A stretch of 64,000 bases of DNA. Origin: Candidatus Microgenomates bacterium. GTDB taxonomy: Bacteria; Patescibacteriota; Microgenomatia; UBA8517. Shown here piece after piece: positions 1 through 10,310 of the stretch (position 1 is its first letter; each line of letters starts with the position of its first letter). The translations under genes were made by a program, and so were the position numbers. Location: positions 131,479 through 195,478 of the forward strand of contig JBEKQV010000002.1 in NCBI GenBank assembly GCA_049519355.1, written 5' to 3'. Under the pieces are notes generated by a model, which was not told the DNA's origin, searched no databases, and saw only the letters and a program-made list of their open reading frames with translations.

Positions 1-1530
1 ACCCCAATATCTATTTTTCTTACTAATGAGCCAGTCATGCATATTCGTCAGCCAGTCCATTTCTCTGTCGAGCCCGAAAACAGGAAGCCAATTGACTTTT
101 TGGGCAACTGTTTTCATTCTTTCCCGAAGCGTTCTTGTATCTGGCGGGGTCTTTACCTGTTCTTCTTCTTCGCTCCATTTTTCGATCACAACCTCTTGTG
201 TTTTTTTCTTTACCTTAGATGGTGTATCCATGGCGATATACCACTCATCCGTAACTTTCCAGACAAGTTCGGTTTTACATCTCCAGCAGGCAGGGTAGCG
301 GTGTGTATAATTTTCGGTCTTATAGATAAAATGTTTGCCTTCATTATCCAACTTTTTCAAATAGTCCAAGATTATGCCGGGACTTTTCTTGGCATTAAGA
401 CCAGTCAAAAATCCTAAGTCTTTCATATATGATGCGTCATCTTCAATAATTGGGATCATCGGAAGACCAAGTTTTTTACCAAGATTAAAGTCCTCGGTAC
501 CCGCAGACACGGCGGTATGAACTATTCCTGTACCTTCTTCAGTATTAACAGGCAAAATCAGATCATCCGTGGCAACTACTGTGTGGAATTTGTCGTTCTT
601 ACCTAATGCAACTTCTCTAACCTTCGGCAGGTCATCAAAAGCCCCCTTGTACCTTAACCCTACAAGCTTCGCCCCCTTCGTATTTTTAATTTCTTTTACT
701 TTCACTCCTGCAAAAACTCTGTCTTTAGCCGCTTTTGCAACCCAGTAAAACTTTCCGGCATTTTCAATTAGTGAATAATCTAAATCGGCATCAACAGCGA
801 GCGCGATGTTGGCCGGAATGGTCCAGGGTGTCGTTGTCCAGACAAGTAGATATTCATCTTTCTGTCCCGTAACCGGAAAGGCCAAATACACAGATTCATG
901 AGTAATCTCCTTGTAATCCTCCGTCAGCATCTCGTGTTGAGATATTGCTGTTTCACACCTTGGGCACCACGGAACGGCATCGTTTCCTTTATAAATCCAG
1001 CCGGAATCATAACAAACTTTCAAAAAATGCCAAATCATATAATTGTTATCGTCGCTAAGGGTGTAATAGGAGTTATCCCAATCCATAAAGTAACCCAGGC
1101 GTTTACTCTGTTCAGTCTGAATACCCGAGTATTTTTTAACCCTATCGCGGCAAAGCTGAACAAACTTGGCAACCCCAAATTCTTCTATGTCTTTTTTATT
1201 TTTAAACCCAAGCTCTTTTTCGACCTCAACCTCGACCCAAAGTCCCTGGCAATCAAAGCCGTTCTGAAACCTCTGTCTGAAGCCCTGCATGTTTTTATAT
1301 CTCTGCCAAATATCCTTGTAAGTCCGTCCCCAGGCGTGGTGAACACCCATTGGGTTATTCGCTGTAATCGGCCCGTCGAGGAAAGAGAAGAACTTTCCGG
1401 CTTTCTTATTCTTATTTAAATACTTTTTGACAACACCCTTTTTATACCAATCAGCTAAAAGCTTTTTTTCAAGCTCCGGAAACTGAACTTTAAGATCAAC
1501 TGGTTCAAAATAGCCCTTACTTGCAGCCAT
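1..1530 (-). CDS. ileS: Isoleucyl-tRNA synthetase, N-terminal ~510 aa (partial; C-terminus lies beyond window start)
   Basis: Manual minus-strand translation from ATG at 1530 gives MAASKGYFEPV...FLDGPITANNPMGVHHAWGRTYKD (type-2/actinobacterial-like HIGH-region variant), CPRCETAISQHE and CWRCKTELVW zinc-finger-like motifs, and DWLISKKNRYWG (class I editing aaRS signature WxISRQRYWG). Absent from the ORF track because the stop is outside the window. The upstream ATG at 1540 is in a frame that hits a stop after 7 codons. Confidence 0.75.
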   Translation of the reverse strand, partial: MAASKGYFEPVDLKVQFPELEKKLLADWYKKGVVKKYLNKNKKAGKFFSFLDGPITANNPMGVHHAWGRTYKDIWQRYKNMQGFRQRFQNGFDCQGLWVEVEVEKELGFKNKKDIEEFGVAKFVQLCRDRVKKYSGIQTEQSKRLGYFMDWDNSYYTLSDDNNYMIWHFLKVCYDSGWIYKGNDAVPWCPRCETAISQHEMLTEDYKEITHESVYLAFPVTGQKDEYLLVWTTTPWTIPANIALAVDADLDYSLIENAGKFYWVAKAAKDRVFAGVKVKEIKNTKGAKLVGLRYKGAFDDLPKVREVALGKNDKFHTVVATDDLILPVNTEEGTGIVHTAVSAGTEDFNLGKKLGLPMIPIIEDDASYMKDLGFLTGLNAKKSPGIILDYLKKLDNEGKHFIYKTENYTHRYPACWRCKTELVWKVTDEWYIAMDTPSKVKKKTQEVVIEKWSEEEEQVKTPPDTRTLRERMKTVAQKVNWLPVFGLDREMDWLTNMHDWLISKKNRYWG

Positions 1531-1578
1531 ATGCAGCCATTTTACACTATGAAGGCACAAATTTAAAAGCCGGGTTCT

Positions 1579-2745
1579 TTATTGATGAATTTTCCTGAGG
1601 AATGCGGGTATTTCGAATTTTTCACCAAAAACGTCTTCATCACCGGAGGTGCCACCATTACCTTTCGGTGGTTCAGTATCACTTTCATCTTCAGTATCCT
1701 GATCCTTGGAAATAGCCGACTCACTTACAACTCCTTGAACGACAGGCTTTTGAACTTGAGTTTGGCTCATTTGAGCTAAACGGGAACGTGTTTCATCAAA
1801 ACCCGTAGCAATAACGGTAATTTTTACCTGATCCGTCAAGTCCTGTTTAATTACAGCTCCAAAAATGACATTTGCATCAGGATCGGCAGCCGAGGAAATT
1901 ATCCTCGCGGCCTCGTCAACCTCAAACATTGTCAAATCATCACCACCGGCAATGTTGAAAAGAACTCCTCTAGCACCCTCAATCGAAAGGTCAAGAAGCG
2001 GGGAGGAAATGGCAGCCCTTGCAGCCATTTGCGCTCTATTTTCTCCAACTCCGGTTCCGATACCAAGCAGGGCTGAACCCGCGTCTTTCATTATTGTCTT
2101 TACGTCCGCAAAATCCACATTCACAAGCCCCGGAGTTGTGATAATATCGGCAATTCCTCCGACACCTTGGCCTAAAACCGAATCCACCACTTTAAAAGCC
2201 TCCAAAAGAGTCATCTTCCTGTCAATTACGTCCATTAAGCGTTGGTTCGGAATAACTATCAATGTATCCGTAGAGTCCTTAAGTTTTTCGATACCCTCTT
2301 CGGCAGCAACCATTCTCCTTGTACCTTCAAATGCAAATGGCTTCGTTACAACCCCAACAGTTAACGCCCCCGCCTCTTTTGCAAGTTGTGCAATTACAGG
2401 TGACGCTCCTGTTCCGGTTCCGCCACCCATTCCTGCAGTTACAAAGACCATATCTGAATCGATTAAAAGTTCTTTTATCTTCTCGACTGATTCCTCTGCC
2501 GCCTGTGTTCCAATACTTGGATTTCCTCCAACACCAAGTCCTTTTGTAAGTTTCTCACCTATCTGAAGTTTTGTCGGTGCTTTGTTATTAAGAAGTACTT
2601 GTGCGTCGGTGTTAACGGCAATGAATTCAACACCGCTTATCGTACCCCCATCAATCATGGATGTAATAGCATTTCCGCCACCTCCACCCACTCCAATAAC
2701 TTTAATTTTTGCAATTCTAGCGGAATCAGGTTTTACTAATGCCAT
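1579..2745 (-). CDS. ftsZ: Cell division GTPase FtsZ
   Basis: Tubulin-like signature GGGTGTG ([19 protein letters not shown]), N-terminal [11 protein letters not shown]-terminal conserved peptide EIPAFLRK for FtsA binding. Confidence 0.95.
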   Translation of the reverse strand: MALVKPDSARIAKIKVIGVGGGGGNAITSMIDGGTISGVEFIAVNTDAQVLLNNKAPTKLQIGEKLTKGLGVGGNPSIGTQAAEESVEKIKELLIDSDMVFVTAGMGGGTGTGASPVIAQLAKEAGALTVGVVTKPFAFEGTRRMVAAEEGIEKLKDSTDTLIVIPNQRLMDVIDRKMTLLEAFKVVDSVLGQGVGGIADIITTPGLVNVDFADVKTIMKDAGSALLGIGTGVGENRAQMAARAAISSPLLDLSIEGARGVLFNIAGGDDLTMFEVDEAARIISSAADPDANVIFGAVIKQDLTDQVKITVIATGFDETRSRLAQMSQTQVQKPVVQGVVSESAISKDQDTEDESDTEPPKGNGGTSGDEDVFGEKFEIPAFLRKIHQ

Positions 2746-2807
2746 ATAGGTTTTCTAAAAGGGATACACTACTTGTGGCAGCATTGTAACTTGGGCAGAA
2801 GAAAAAC

Positions 2808-4070
2808 TCAAGGTAAAAGGTTTTTTATGCTGTCAACCAATTTACCGAATATTCCAACTGAGGGTAGTTTTATCTTTTTTGCAAAACTTGTCAAGTTCTC
2901 TGTCGGCACAGCTTTCGCACCGTATAGTAAAAGTCCAACCCCGGTTGCGAAGGAAGGTGTAATGACATCATCGATAAGACCTCCGACCCTTCCGGGTACT
3001 CCGATCCTTACCGGGAGAGAAAGCATTCTTTTAGCAGAGTCCGTTACTCCGGCTGTTTCTGCGCCCCCTCCAGTTATCACTGCCCCGGACGGAATCCTGT
3101 TGGCAATTCCTTCTCTTTCGAGCTCGATTCTTACCATCGTAAAGATTTCATTTAGACGAGGCCTTATAATTCCTTCCAATAAAGTTTTCTTGGAAATTTT
3201 CTTAATTTCGGTTACTCCCAATCCCTCCAAATTTAGCTCATCCGAATCGTCTTTTTCTCTTTTCTTTTTATCAGAAAGGGCTATTTTTATTTTTTCTGCA
3301 TCCTCAAGTGAAATTCTTAATCCGATCGCTAAATCATTTGTCACATTTCTTGCCCCAACCGGTATTACTCCCGAATAAGCCAGTGACCCATCAACATAAG
3401 CGGTTATCGAAGTTGTACCACCACCCATATCTATCAAGACACACCCCAATTCTTTTTCGGTTGGGGAAAGAACTGCCTCGGAGGAAGCAATTCCTGAAAA
3501 AACAAGCTCTTCAATCTGAATTCCAACTTCATTAACTGCCTTTCTTACGTTTTTGATTGCTGCCGAAGCAGCCGAAACAATATGGGTATCAACCTCAAGC
3601 CTCACCCCACTCATTCCCACCGCGTCCCTGACACCCGATTCCCCATCAACAATAAATTCCCGGGGAAGAACATAAATTACTTCTCGGGAAGTCGGAAGTG
3701 AAATCGCTGAAGCCGCCTCAACCGCTCTATCTACGTCATTTTGAGTAATTTCACCATTCGAGTCTGAAACCGCAACTACACCATGAGAGTTTTGAGAATG
3801 GATATGTGCACCTCCTAAACTAACAAAAGCTGTTTCAAGATTATAACCCGCCATCCTCTCTGCCGCCTCCACAGATAAAATCGTTGCCTCGACCGCTTCG
3901 TCTATATCAACAATCTGTCCCTTTTTAATTCCGCGAGATTCCGACTGTGCAGCACCAACAACATTTACCGTCGTCTCGAAAGTCGCAGGATCAACAGCAA
4001 CTTGGCCTACTAATGTGGCAATTTTACTGGACCCTATGTCAATTGCAGCTACAATTTTTGCTTTACTCAT
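2808..4070 (-). CDS. ftsA: Cell division protein FtsA (actin-like ATPase)
   Basis: Actin/HSP70 fold motifs (IVAAIDIGSSKI, LIDMGGGTTSI), 420 aa, located immediately upstream of ftsZ. Confidence 0.9.
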   Translation of the reverse strand: MSKAKIVAAIDIGSSKIATLVGQVAVDPATFETTVNVVGAAQSESRGIKKGQIVDIDEAVEATILSVEAAERMAGYNLETAFVSLGGAHIHSQNSHGVVAVSDSNGEITQNDVDRAVEAASAISLPTSREVIYVLPREFIVDGESGVRDAVGMSGVRLEVDTHIVSAASAAIKNVRKAVNEVGIQIEELVFSGIASSEAVLSPTEKELGCVLIDMGGGTTSITAYVDGSLAYSGVIPVGARNVTNDLAIGLRISLEDAEKIKIALSDKKKREKDDSDELNLEGLGVTEIKKISKKTLLEGIIRPRLNEIFTMVRIELEREGIANRIPSGAVITGGGAETAGVTDSAKRMLSLPVRIGVPGRVGGLIDDVITPSFATGVGLLLYGAKAVPTENLTSFAKKIKLPSVGIFGKLVDSIKNLLP

Positions 4071-4076
4071 TTAGTA

Positions 4077-4748
4077 CTATCTTAATACTGGATTCTTATA
4101 CCTCATGTCAACCTCCTTATATAGATTTTTATTCCCGTCGGCTTGAATTGTTAAGTATATCAACCTCAACGAACCAAGAAGAAGATCACTATCTGCATCT
4201 TCTAAAGGAAATATTACTCTGATTTGGCCAGGGAGTTCAACAAGCAAACTATTACTTTGTATCTCACCTTCATTCACCTGATACATTTCACTAACTCCGC
4301 CCATAAGTTTGAGGGCAAAAAGTGTATCCGCATCAACTTTCTCACCAATTTTAGGGAGATCTCCGGTTATATCTACTGTCGGCAAAATTGTGCTGCTCCC
4401 AATTGATAGCACCTGTCCATCTTTATCCACTAATGCAAACTGGTTTGAAATTCCACTTTTGACAGCGAATACCGGTTTCTTTATTAGTAGATCAACATGT
4501 AAAAAATTCGGCAATTTAAATTGCAGCGAAAACTTGGAAACAATAAAGTCTGAGCGTAGAATCTTGTTTAAATCATTCTTGGCAAAAAAAAGACTTTTTC
4601 CGTTTACCCCTGAAAGCTTATCCATTAGCTCCGCAGGGCATTCACCGTATTGACTCCTGCAATCAACATGGATCTTGATAAATAGCGGTGAAATAATTAA
4701 AGCGCCAACAAATAACACAACACAAATTATTATTAATATTTTTTTCAC
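4077..4748 (-). CDS. ftsQ: FtsQ/DivIB-like cell division protein (N-terminal TM, POTRA-like and beta domains)
   Basis: Single N-terminal TM helix, 223 aa, sits between murG and ftsA as in canonical dcw clusters; sequence similarity is weak, so the call rests largely on position. Confidence 0.55.
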   Translation of the reverse strand: MKKILIIICVVLFVGALIISPLFIKIHVDCRSQYGECPAELMDKLSGVNGKSLFFAKNDLNKILRSDFIVSKFSLQFKLPNFLHVDLLIKKPVFAVKSGISNQFALVDKDGQVLSIGSSTILPTVDITGDLPKIGEKVDADTLFALKLMGGVSEMYQVNEGEIQSNSLLVELPGQIRVIFPLEDADSDLLLGSLRLIYLTIQADGNKNLYKEVDMRYKNPVLR

Positions 4749-5857
4749 TTAAAATATTCGTCAATTAATCGCAAAAGGTTTTTGGAAGCATCAAGGTCGG
4801 GACTCTTCTTAAACCTAACTACACCAATAATACTGGAGTACTTCGAGATCATCCTTTCAATTTCCCTGAGCAACAGATTAGAACTAAGTTTACTTTGGGG
4901 AATAATCTCGGCAATTCCCCAATCTGTTGCAATACTTGCATTTCCGGTCTGCTCGTCCTTAAAACTTATAGGAAGGGGGATAAGAATCGCCGGTCTTTTT
5001 ACAGCCATTATCTCGGAGACCGTGTTGGCACCAGCCCTGGCAACAACCAAATCACATCTAGAATAAATTTTATAAACTTCGAGTGGGTTAACTCTAACAA
5101 AAACTTCATAGTTATTCCTGAGAGCTTGTGGAAGTTTTTGTTTAATTTCCGAAAATTTCAAATAATCAAGCCCGCCGGTCTGATGAATTACTCTATATTT
5201 TGAAAGAATCACACGCAATATTTTTTCAATTGCGTCATTAATACTTTGTGAACCACGAGAACCTCCAGTAACAAAAATCGTGGGAGGGTCCCCTGGTTTC
5301 GATTTCGGTTTAACCCTGATTATTTCTTTCATTACAGGATTCCCCGTAATAACAAGCTTCTTACCAGGAAAGTATTTTTCACTTTCCTTTCTCGAGATTG
5401 CTATTACAGAAGCAAATTTTGCTGATAATAAGTTCGCTCTGCCGGCTCTTGAGGTTTGCTCGTGAATTACAACAGGAATGCCTAAAAGATTGGCATTAAA
5501 AACAACAGGAAAAGAAGCAAAACCGCCGAAAGACAGAATCGCCTTAGGTTTAATCTTTAATAAATAGTAAAAGGATTGTATAAATCCAACCGGAATTTTC
5601 AGGAGCGAGGGGACGGTCCAAAGGGTAAAACGTCTTTGGAGTCTCCCTGTAATCAAAGGCAAAAACCTTACGCCGAGCCTGGGAAGAGCTTCAGATTCCA
5701 AAGTAACAACTTTCTTCCCTTCTATGGCATTTTTAACTCCAATCCAATAGAGCTTCCAGTCCTTACCTTCAGATTTGATTTGTTCAACAACAGCAATAGC
5801 AGTAGTCGCCGCATGCCCACCCGTTAAAATAAGTCTATTTTCCCTCGTGCGTAACAT
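4745..5857 (-). CDS. murG: UDP-GlcNAc:lipid I N-acetylglucosaminyltransferase MurG
   Basis: N-terminal LTGGHAATTAIAV motif (GGTGGH-type), GT28 two-domain length (370 aa), position between ftsW and ftsQ. Confidence 0.85.
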   Translation of the reverse strand: MLRTRENRLILTGGHAATTAIAVVEQIKSEGKDWKLYWIGVKNAIEGKKVVTLESEALPRLGVRFLPLITGRLQRRFTLWTVPSLLKIPVGFIQSFYYLLKIKPKAILSFGGFASFPVVFNANLLGIPVVIHEQTSRAGRANLLSAKFASVIAISRKESEKYFPGKKLVITGNPVMKEIIRVKPKSKPGDPPTIFVTGGSRGSQSINDAIEKILRVILSKYRVIHQTGGLDYLKFSEIKQKLPQALRNNYEVFVRVNPLEVYKIYSRCDLVVARAGANTVSEIMAVKRPAILIPLPISFKDEQTGNASIATDWGIAEIIPQSKLSSNLLLREIERMISKYSSIIGVVRFKKSPDLDASKNLLRLIDEYFK

Positions 5858-6938
5858 ATTTGGATATATTAAGAAGTATACCGCATGCGGCGAGTATCAT
5901 CACCAAACTGCTTCCGCCATAAGAAATAAAAGGTAGTGGTATTCCCGTCAGAGGTACCAAAGAAACCATTGAGGCAATATTAAGAAATGCCTGTCCCCCA
6001 ACCCAAGCCGCAATTCCTGTTGCCAAAACCCTTGAAAAAATATCAGGTGCATTTTTGGCGATTTTCAGACTTCTTATAACAAAATATCCAAACAAAATCA
6101 CAATAACCGTCGCTCCGATCAAACCAAGTTCTTCAGCAATAACTGCAAATATAGAATCAGTTGATGCTTCAGGAAGAAAAAGATATTTTTGCCGCGACGC
6201 TCCGAGTCCAACTCCAAAAATTCCACCGGAGCCCAAAGCCAATAGAACTTGTGTAATATGATAAGACTTTCCCAGTGGGTCTTCAGTCATTTGCAAAAAA
6301 GTCATCAGCCTTTCCTTTCTATACGGAGAGAAAAGTACCAATAAAGTAGTTATCACGGCTCCCAAACCCAGGGCCCCACCTAGATAAAACAGATTTACGT
6401 CAGAAACAAAAATTTGGGAAAGACCAATTGCCAACACAACTAAGGTAGTTCCTAAATCCGGCTGCAGCATAATTAAAACAGAAACAACTACAAGAGGGGC
6501 AAGGTACGAAAGGATTCCCTTCCCGTGAGAGGCAACTTTCGCTAAATAAAGGCAAATTGCAAATTTAATAAGTTCGGATGGTTGAAAGTTAATGAGACCC
6601 AAGGAAATCCAACGGCGCGCGCCAAGAGCCGAAAAACTAAAATGCGGCAAAAGGACAACCAACAAAAAAATCAGAGAGATCAAAAAAAATGGTGTAGCAA
6701 CTTTTTCCCAAAATGTATATTTAATTTTAGAGGTGATAAAAAAAGCCGTTAAGCCGATCCCTGTCCATCCCAGTTGAAGTTTTAATAAATAAAATTTATC
6801 CCCATATGTATTCAGTGCTTGTGGAGCCGAAACATCGGCAACAGCGATGATTCCGATGACAACAAAGGCCAATACCAGGAACAGAAAATTTCTATCAACA
6901 GACTTAGTTTGTTTCGTCAACCTTGATATATTTTTCAC
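5835..6938 (-). CDS. ftsW: SEDS family peptidoglycan glycosyltransferase FtsW
   Basis: About 10 TM polytopic protein, FtsW/RodA/SpoVE family residues, position between mraY and murG. Confidence 0.85.
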   Translation of the reverse strand: MKNISRLTKQTKSVDRNFLFLVLAFVVIGIIAVADVSAPQALNTYGDKFYLLKLQLGWTGIGLTAFFITSKIKYTFWEKVATPFFLISLIFLLVVLLPHFSFSALGARRWISLGLINFQPSELIKFAICLYLAKVASHGKGILSYLAPLVVVSVLIMLQPDLGTTLVVLAIGLSQIFVSDVNLFYLGGALGLGAVITTLLVLFSPYRKERLMTFLQMTEDPLGKSYHITQVLLALGSGGIFGVGLGASRQKYLFLPEASTDSIFAVIAEELGLIGATVIVILFGYFVIRSLKIAKNAPDIFSRVLATGIAAWVGGQAFLNIASMVSLVPLTGIPLPFISYGGSSLVMILAACGILLNISKYVTHEGK

Positions 6939-6945
6939 TTAAAAA

Positions 6946-8001
6946 TTAAATTGTGGCTAGCCAAAGACCAAAAATTGCAAGGAGGATGCCAATGATCCAG
7001 GCTCTCATTACGATTTTAGGCTCCTGCCAGCCTTTCGCTAAAAAAGTATGATGAAGCGGCGCAAGAGGAAGAATCGGCTTTTTCAAAAATTTCCAGCCCA
7101 ATATTTGAATCAATGATGATGCGATTTCTACAACAAAGATTCCGCCGATAATCACCAGTGCAATAATTTTCCCGGTAATAAGTCCTATTACTGCAAGCAT
7201 TGCACCGAACGATAATGCTCCGGCGTCTCCCAAAAAAACTCTCGCAGGCCAAATATTAAAGTAAAGAAACGCAATAAGTCCCCCTGTCCAAAGTGATATA
7301 AAAAGTGAAAGCGGCGTATCCAAGTTTCCAGCCGCAATTATTTCAAAAGTAAGAAGACATATTATAAGAAGCCCAACGGAAAGTCCGTCAAGTCCGTCTG
7401 TAATATTAAAAGCATTGGTAAAAGCAACTATCATAAAAGCCGCAAAAGGAACGTACCAGATTCCCAAATCATAAACAACATGAACAAGAGGAATATTTAC
7501 AATATGAATACCGAGAAATTTATAAATTACAAAACTTATAAAAAGAGCAAGAATCCACTGAATAGCAAATTTTTGCCAACGTCTGATTCCAAACCAAAGG
7601 CCGAAAATCCCTTTGCTGGGTTTACCGAAAATTTTCAGAAGATCATCTGAAAGTCCCAAAAGACCAAAGGATATGAAAGTAAAGAAGACCACAAACAACT
7701 CCCGCCTTAAAGAGAAAGAACTCCTTATAAAAAGACCAAGTCTTGCCGATAACGGAAAAAGTATTGCGAAAAGAATAGACGTCAAGATGATAATCAGAAT
7801 TCCACCCCCGACAGGTGTGCCTGTCTTAATATCGTGAAGTTTATCAAAAAGCGGAATTTTACCGGTCTTTGGAGCCTCACGCTTCCTCACCAAATGAAAT
7901 TTGTAAAGAAGATCGATAAAAGGAACAATTAAGACAGAGGAAATCAAAAAGGAGAAAATAATCGAACCCAAAACAAGCGGCATAAAGTTCGGGGCATTCA
8001 T
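6946..8001 (-). CDS. mraY: Phospho-N-acetylmuramoyl-pentapeptide transferase MraY
   Basis: MraY signature NAFNITDGLDGL, polytopic membrane protein, 351 aa. Confidence 0.9.
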   Translation of the reverse strand: MNAPNFMPLVLGSIIFSFLISSVLIVPFIDLLYKFHLVRKREAPKTGKIPLFDKLHDIKTGTPVGGGILIIILTSILFAILFPLSARLGLFIRSSFSLRRELFVVFFTFISFGLLGLSDDLLKIFGKPSKGIFGLWFGIRRWQKFAIQWILALFISFVIYKFLGIHIVNIPLVHVVYDLGIWYVPFAAFMIVAFTNAFNITDGLDGLSVGLLIICLLTFEIIAAGNLDTPLSLFISLWTGGLIAFLYFNIWPARVFLGDAGALSFGAMLAVIGLITGKIIALVIIGGIFVVEIASSLIQILGWKFLKKPILPLAPLHHTFLAKGWQEPKIVMRAWIIGILLAIFGLWLATI

Positions 8002-8055
8002 AATTAAAATTATTATAGCAGGATTAATGCTAGGCTGTGAAAAGAAACGAAAGAA

Positions 8056-9165
8056 CTAGGTTAAAGCATCAATAAGTTTATCTAAACCAATTGACCGGGA
8101 ACCCTTAATCAAAATATCTGTGTCCTTTTGAAGCAAATCTTTAAATAATAAGGTTGCCTCATCAACGTTAGCAAACAAGTAGGTTTTGGTTTTTTTGGAT
8201 TTCCTCACAATTTCGTCAATTAAAAACTTTGATGATTTTCCGACCCCAATGACTAGGGCAAAATTTGATTCTGCCACTTCCCGTCCAAGTTCTCTGTGTG
8301 CGCTTTCGTCGTAATCTCCCAATTCAAGCATGTCACCCAAAACGGCAATCTTTCTACCTTTGGCAATTCTATTAAAATATTCAAGTGTGGAAAGAGCCGC
8401 CCAAGGATTACTATTATAGCTATCATCTAAAATTAAGGCTCCTGACTTGTGTTTTATAAGTTCAAGCCTGTGTGGCGGTCTTTTGTAATTGGAAATACCC
8501 TTATTTATTTTTTCTTCAGTAACACCAAAGATCTCGGCGGCTGCTGATGCAGTATTCGCATCCTGTTTAATAAGATCTATATCGGAATCAAACCAAACAA
8601 TTTTTGAAACAAGCTTTTTCGATAAACCTTTTAACTTTTTATCATCTGAGTTCAAAACTGCCGTACCTTTTTCAGAAAGAGATAAAACCAATTTACTTTT
8701 CTCCTTAAAAACTCCGTCTATACTTCCTAAAAACTCTGTGTGTGTAGGAAAGATATTCGTAATAATTCCAACATCGGGTTTTGCAAGCCAAAGATAGAAA
8801 TCCATTTCTCCCGGATACTCGACACCCATTTCCAATACCAAGTATTTTGTTCCAGGCAAGGCTTTTAAAATGGCATTTGGAATACTGTAGACCGAATCAA
8901 TATTCTTCGAAGTATAAACAGTTCTTCCATCGAGTCGAAGAATCGAAACAAGCATTTCCTTAGTTGTGGTTTTACCCGCGCTCCCCGTTATACCGATAAC
9001 TTTTATGTCCGTGTATTTTTGCAGTAACTCCAAGTACAATTTTGCAATACGCCTCTTTATCGGATGCAAAATCCACTGAGAAATAGGATTGTGTCTGACA
9101 AAAATGTCATGCTCCGGGAGCATAGGCGTTACCCACCACTTCACAATTGGACTAATTTTCTTCAT
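8056..9165 (-). CDS. murF: UDP-MurNAc-tripeptide--D-alanyl-D-alanine ligase MurF (short form lacking most of the N-terminal domain)
   Basis: Mur ligase P-loop GITGSAGKTTTKEM and MurF-specific DDSYNSNP motif; 369 aa. Confidence 0.8.
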   Translation of the reverse strand: MKKISPIVKWWVTPMLPEHDIFVRHNPISQWILHPIKRRIAKLYLELLQKYTDIKVIGITGSAGKTTTKEMLVSILRLDGRTVYTSKNIDSVYSIPNAILKALPGTKYLVLEMGVEYPGEMDFYLWLAKPDVGIITNIFPTHTEFLGSIDGVFKEKSKLVLSLSEKGTAVLNSDDKKLKGLSKKLVSKIVWFDSDIDLIKQDANTASAAAEIFGVTEEKINKGISNYKRPPHRLELIKHKSGALILDDSYNSNPWAALSTLEYFNRIAKGRKIAVLGDMLELGDYDESAHRELGREVAESNFALVIGVGKSSKFLIDEIVRKSKKTKTYLFANVDEATLLFKDLLQKDTDILIKGSRSIGLDKLIDALT

Positions 9166-10310
9166 ACGATAATTCTAGGCAAAAGCGGGTTAATTCTTGA
9201 AACAACCTCGTAATTAATTGTACCAATTTTCTTTGCTATTTCGTCAGCTGATACCTTTAAGCCGTCCTTATTACCAAGAAGTGCCACTTCGTCTTCCAGT
9301 TTGACATTTTTAATATCTGTAATATCGGCAACTATCATGTTCATTGCAACCCTACCGATCACGTTAGCATAATGTCCATTTATTATCACTCTTCCTATAT
9401 TTGAAAGTTTTCTGTCATAACCGTCAGAATAGCCAACAGGAATAATCGCGATCTTTGTTCTTCTTGTCGCAAACCATGTCTGTCCGTAACCAACCGATTC
9501 GCCAATATCGATGTGCTTGATTTGAGCAATCAAACTTTTCCAAGTCAAAACCGGCTTTAAAACTAGATTTCTTTTCAAAGCGAGTAGTGAAACTCTCGTT
9601 TCAAGCGACATCCACCAACCATACATTCCAAAACCCACTCTCACCATTGAGAAATGTGTTTCAGAGTAAAGTAATGTTCCCGCAGATGCTGCAGTATGAA
9701 TAAGGGGCGGGTTAAAACCACCTTCCCGAACAATTTTTAATGACTTATTAAACTCGGCAAGTTGTTTTACTGCAAAACTGGGGTCAAGCGTATCTTCAAT
9801 ATTTGCATAGTGTGTATATATGCCTTCCAACATAAAGTTATTTTTATGTTCTTTAAGAAATTTAAGAAACACGGGAAGATACTTTCTCTGGACACCTTGC
9901 CGGTTCAAACCGGTTTCAATCTTCAGGTGAATCTTTGCAGGTTTTTTCAACTTTAGCGAAACAATTTTCTTTAGCGATTCGATATTGTAAACAACAAAAG
10001 AAATATCATTTTCGATAGGATCGGAAAGATTTGCTAAAGTCGTGTAACCAAGAATTAAAACCGGAATTTGCTTATCAATCTGCCGAATTAACATGCCCTC
10101 ATCAATATTGTCAACCGCAAGAACATCCACTTTATTCTTTAATAAGGGAACAACCTCCTTTAATCCATGGCCATAAGCATTGGCTTTAACAACTGCCGCG
10201 ATTTTGACATTTTTACCGACACTCTTTCGAAATACTCCAACATTATGAAAGAGGGCTCTTTTAGATATTTCGACCCAAGATTTATTTCTACCTTTGAGGT
10301 CATTTTCCAT
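9162..10310 (-). CDS. alr: Alanine racemase (PLP-dependent)
   Basis: PLP-lysine motif AVVKANAYGHG. The track start at 10379 overlaps murD by 80 nt, so the start was moved to the internal Met (MENDLKG..., 10310), leaving an 11-nt overlap. Confidence 0.85.
   Translation of the reverse strand: MENDLKGRNKSWVEISKRALFHNVGVFRKSVGKNVKIAAVVKANAYGHGLKEVVPLLKNKVDVLAVDNIDEGMLIRQIDKQIPVLILGYTTLANLSDPIENDISFVVYNIESLKKIVSLKLKKPAKIHLKIETGLNRQGVQRKYLPVFLKFLKEHKNNFMLEGIYTHYANIEDTLDPSFAVKQLAEFNKSLKIVREGGFNPPLIHTAASAGTLLYSETHFSMVRVGFGMYGWWMSLETRVSLLALKRNLVLKPVLTWKSLIAQIKHIDIGESVGYGQTWFATRRTKIAIIPVGYSDGYDRKLSNIGRVIINGHYANVIGRVAMNMIVADITDIKNVKLEDEVALLGNKDGLKVSADEIAKKIGTINYEVVSRINPLLPRIIV

Noticed and set aside
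26-1419. Plus-strand ORFs 26-298, 37-417 and 898-1419 (90-173 aa)
   Set aside because: They lie antisense within the clearly coding minus-strand ileS gene, have low-complexity, Cys- and Phe-rich translations and no motifs. They are spurious shadow ORFs.
1865-2566. 233-aa plus-strand ORF (and 2319-2549) inside ftsZ
   Set aside because: Antisense to ftsZ, with a Ser/Pro/Ala-rich mirror translation of the Gly/Ala-rich FtsZ core. It is an artefact.
7016-7252. 78-aa Cys-rich ORF (and similar small ORFs, e.g. 13410-13622, 36042-36293, 49143-49343, 61677-61865)
   Set aside because: All lie inside longer, motif-supported genes in an alternative frame or on the antisense strand, and their compositions (Cys/Arg-rich) are typical of out-of-frame translation of AT-rich coding DNA.
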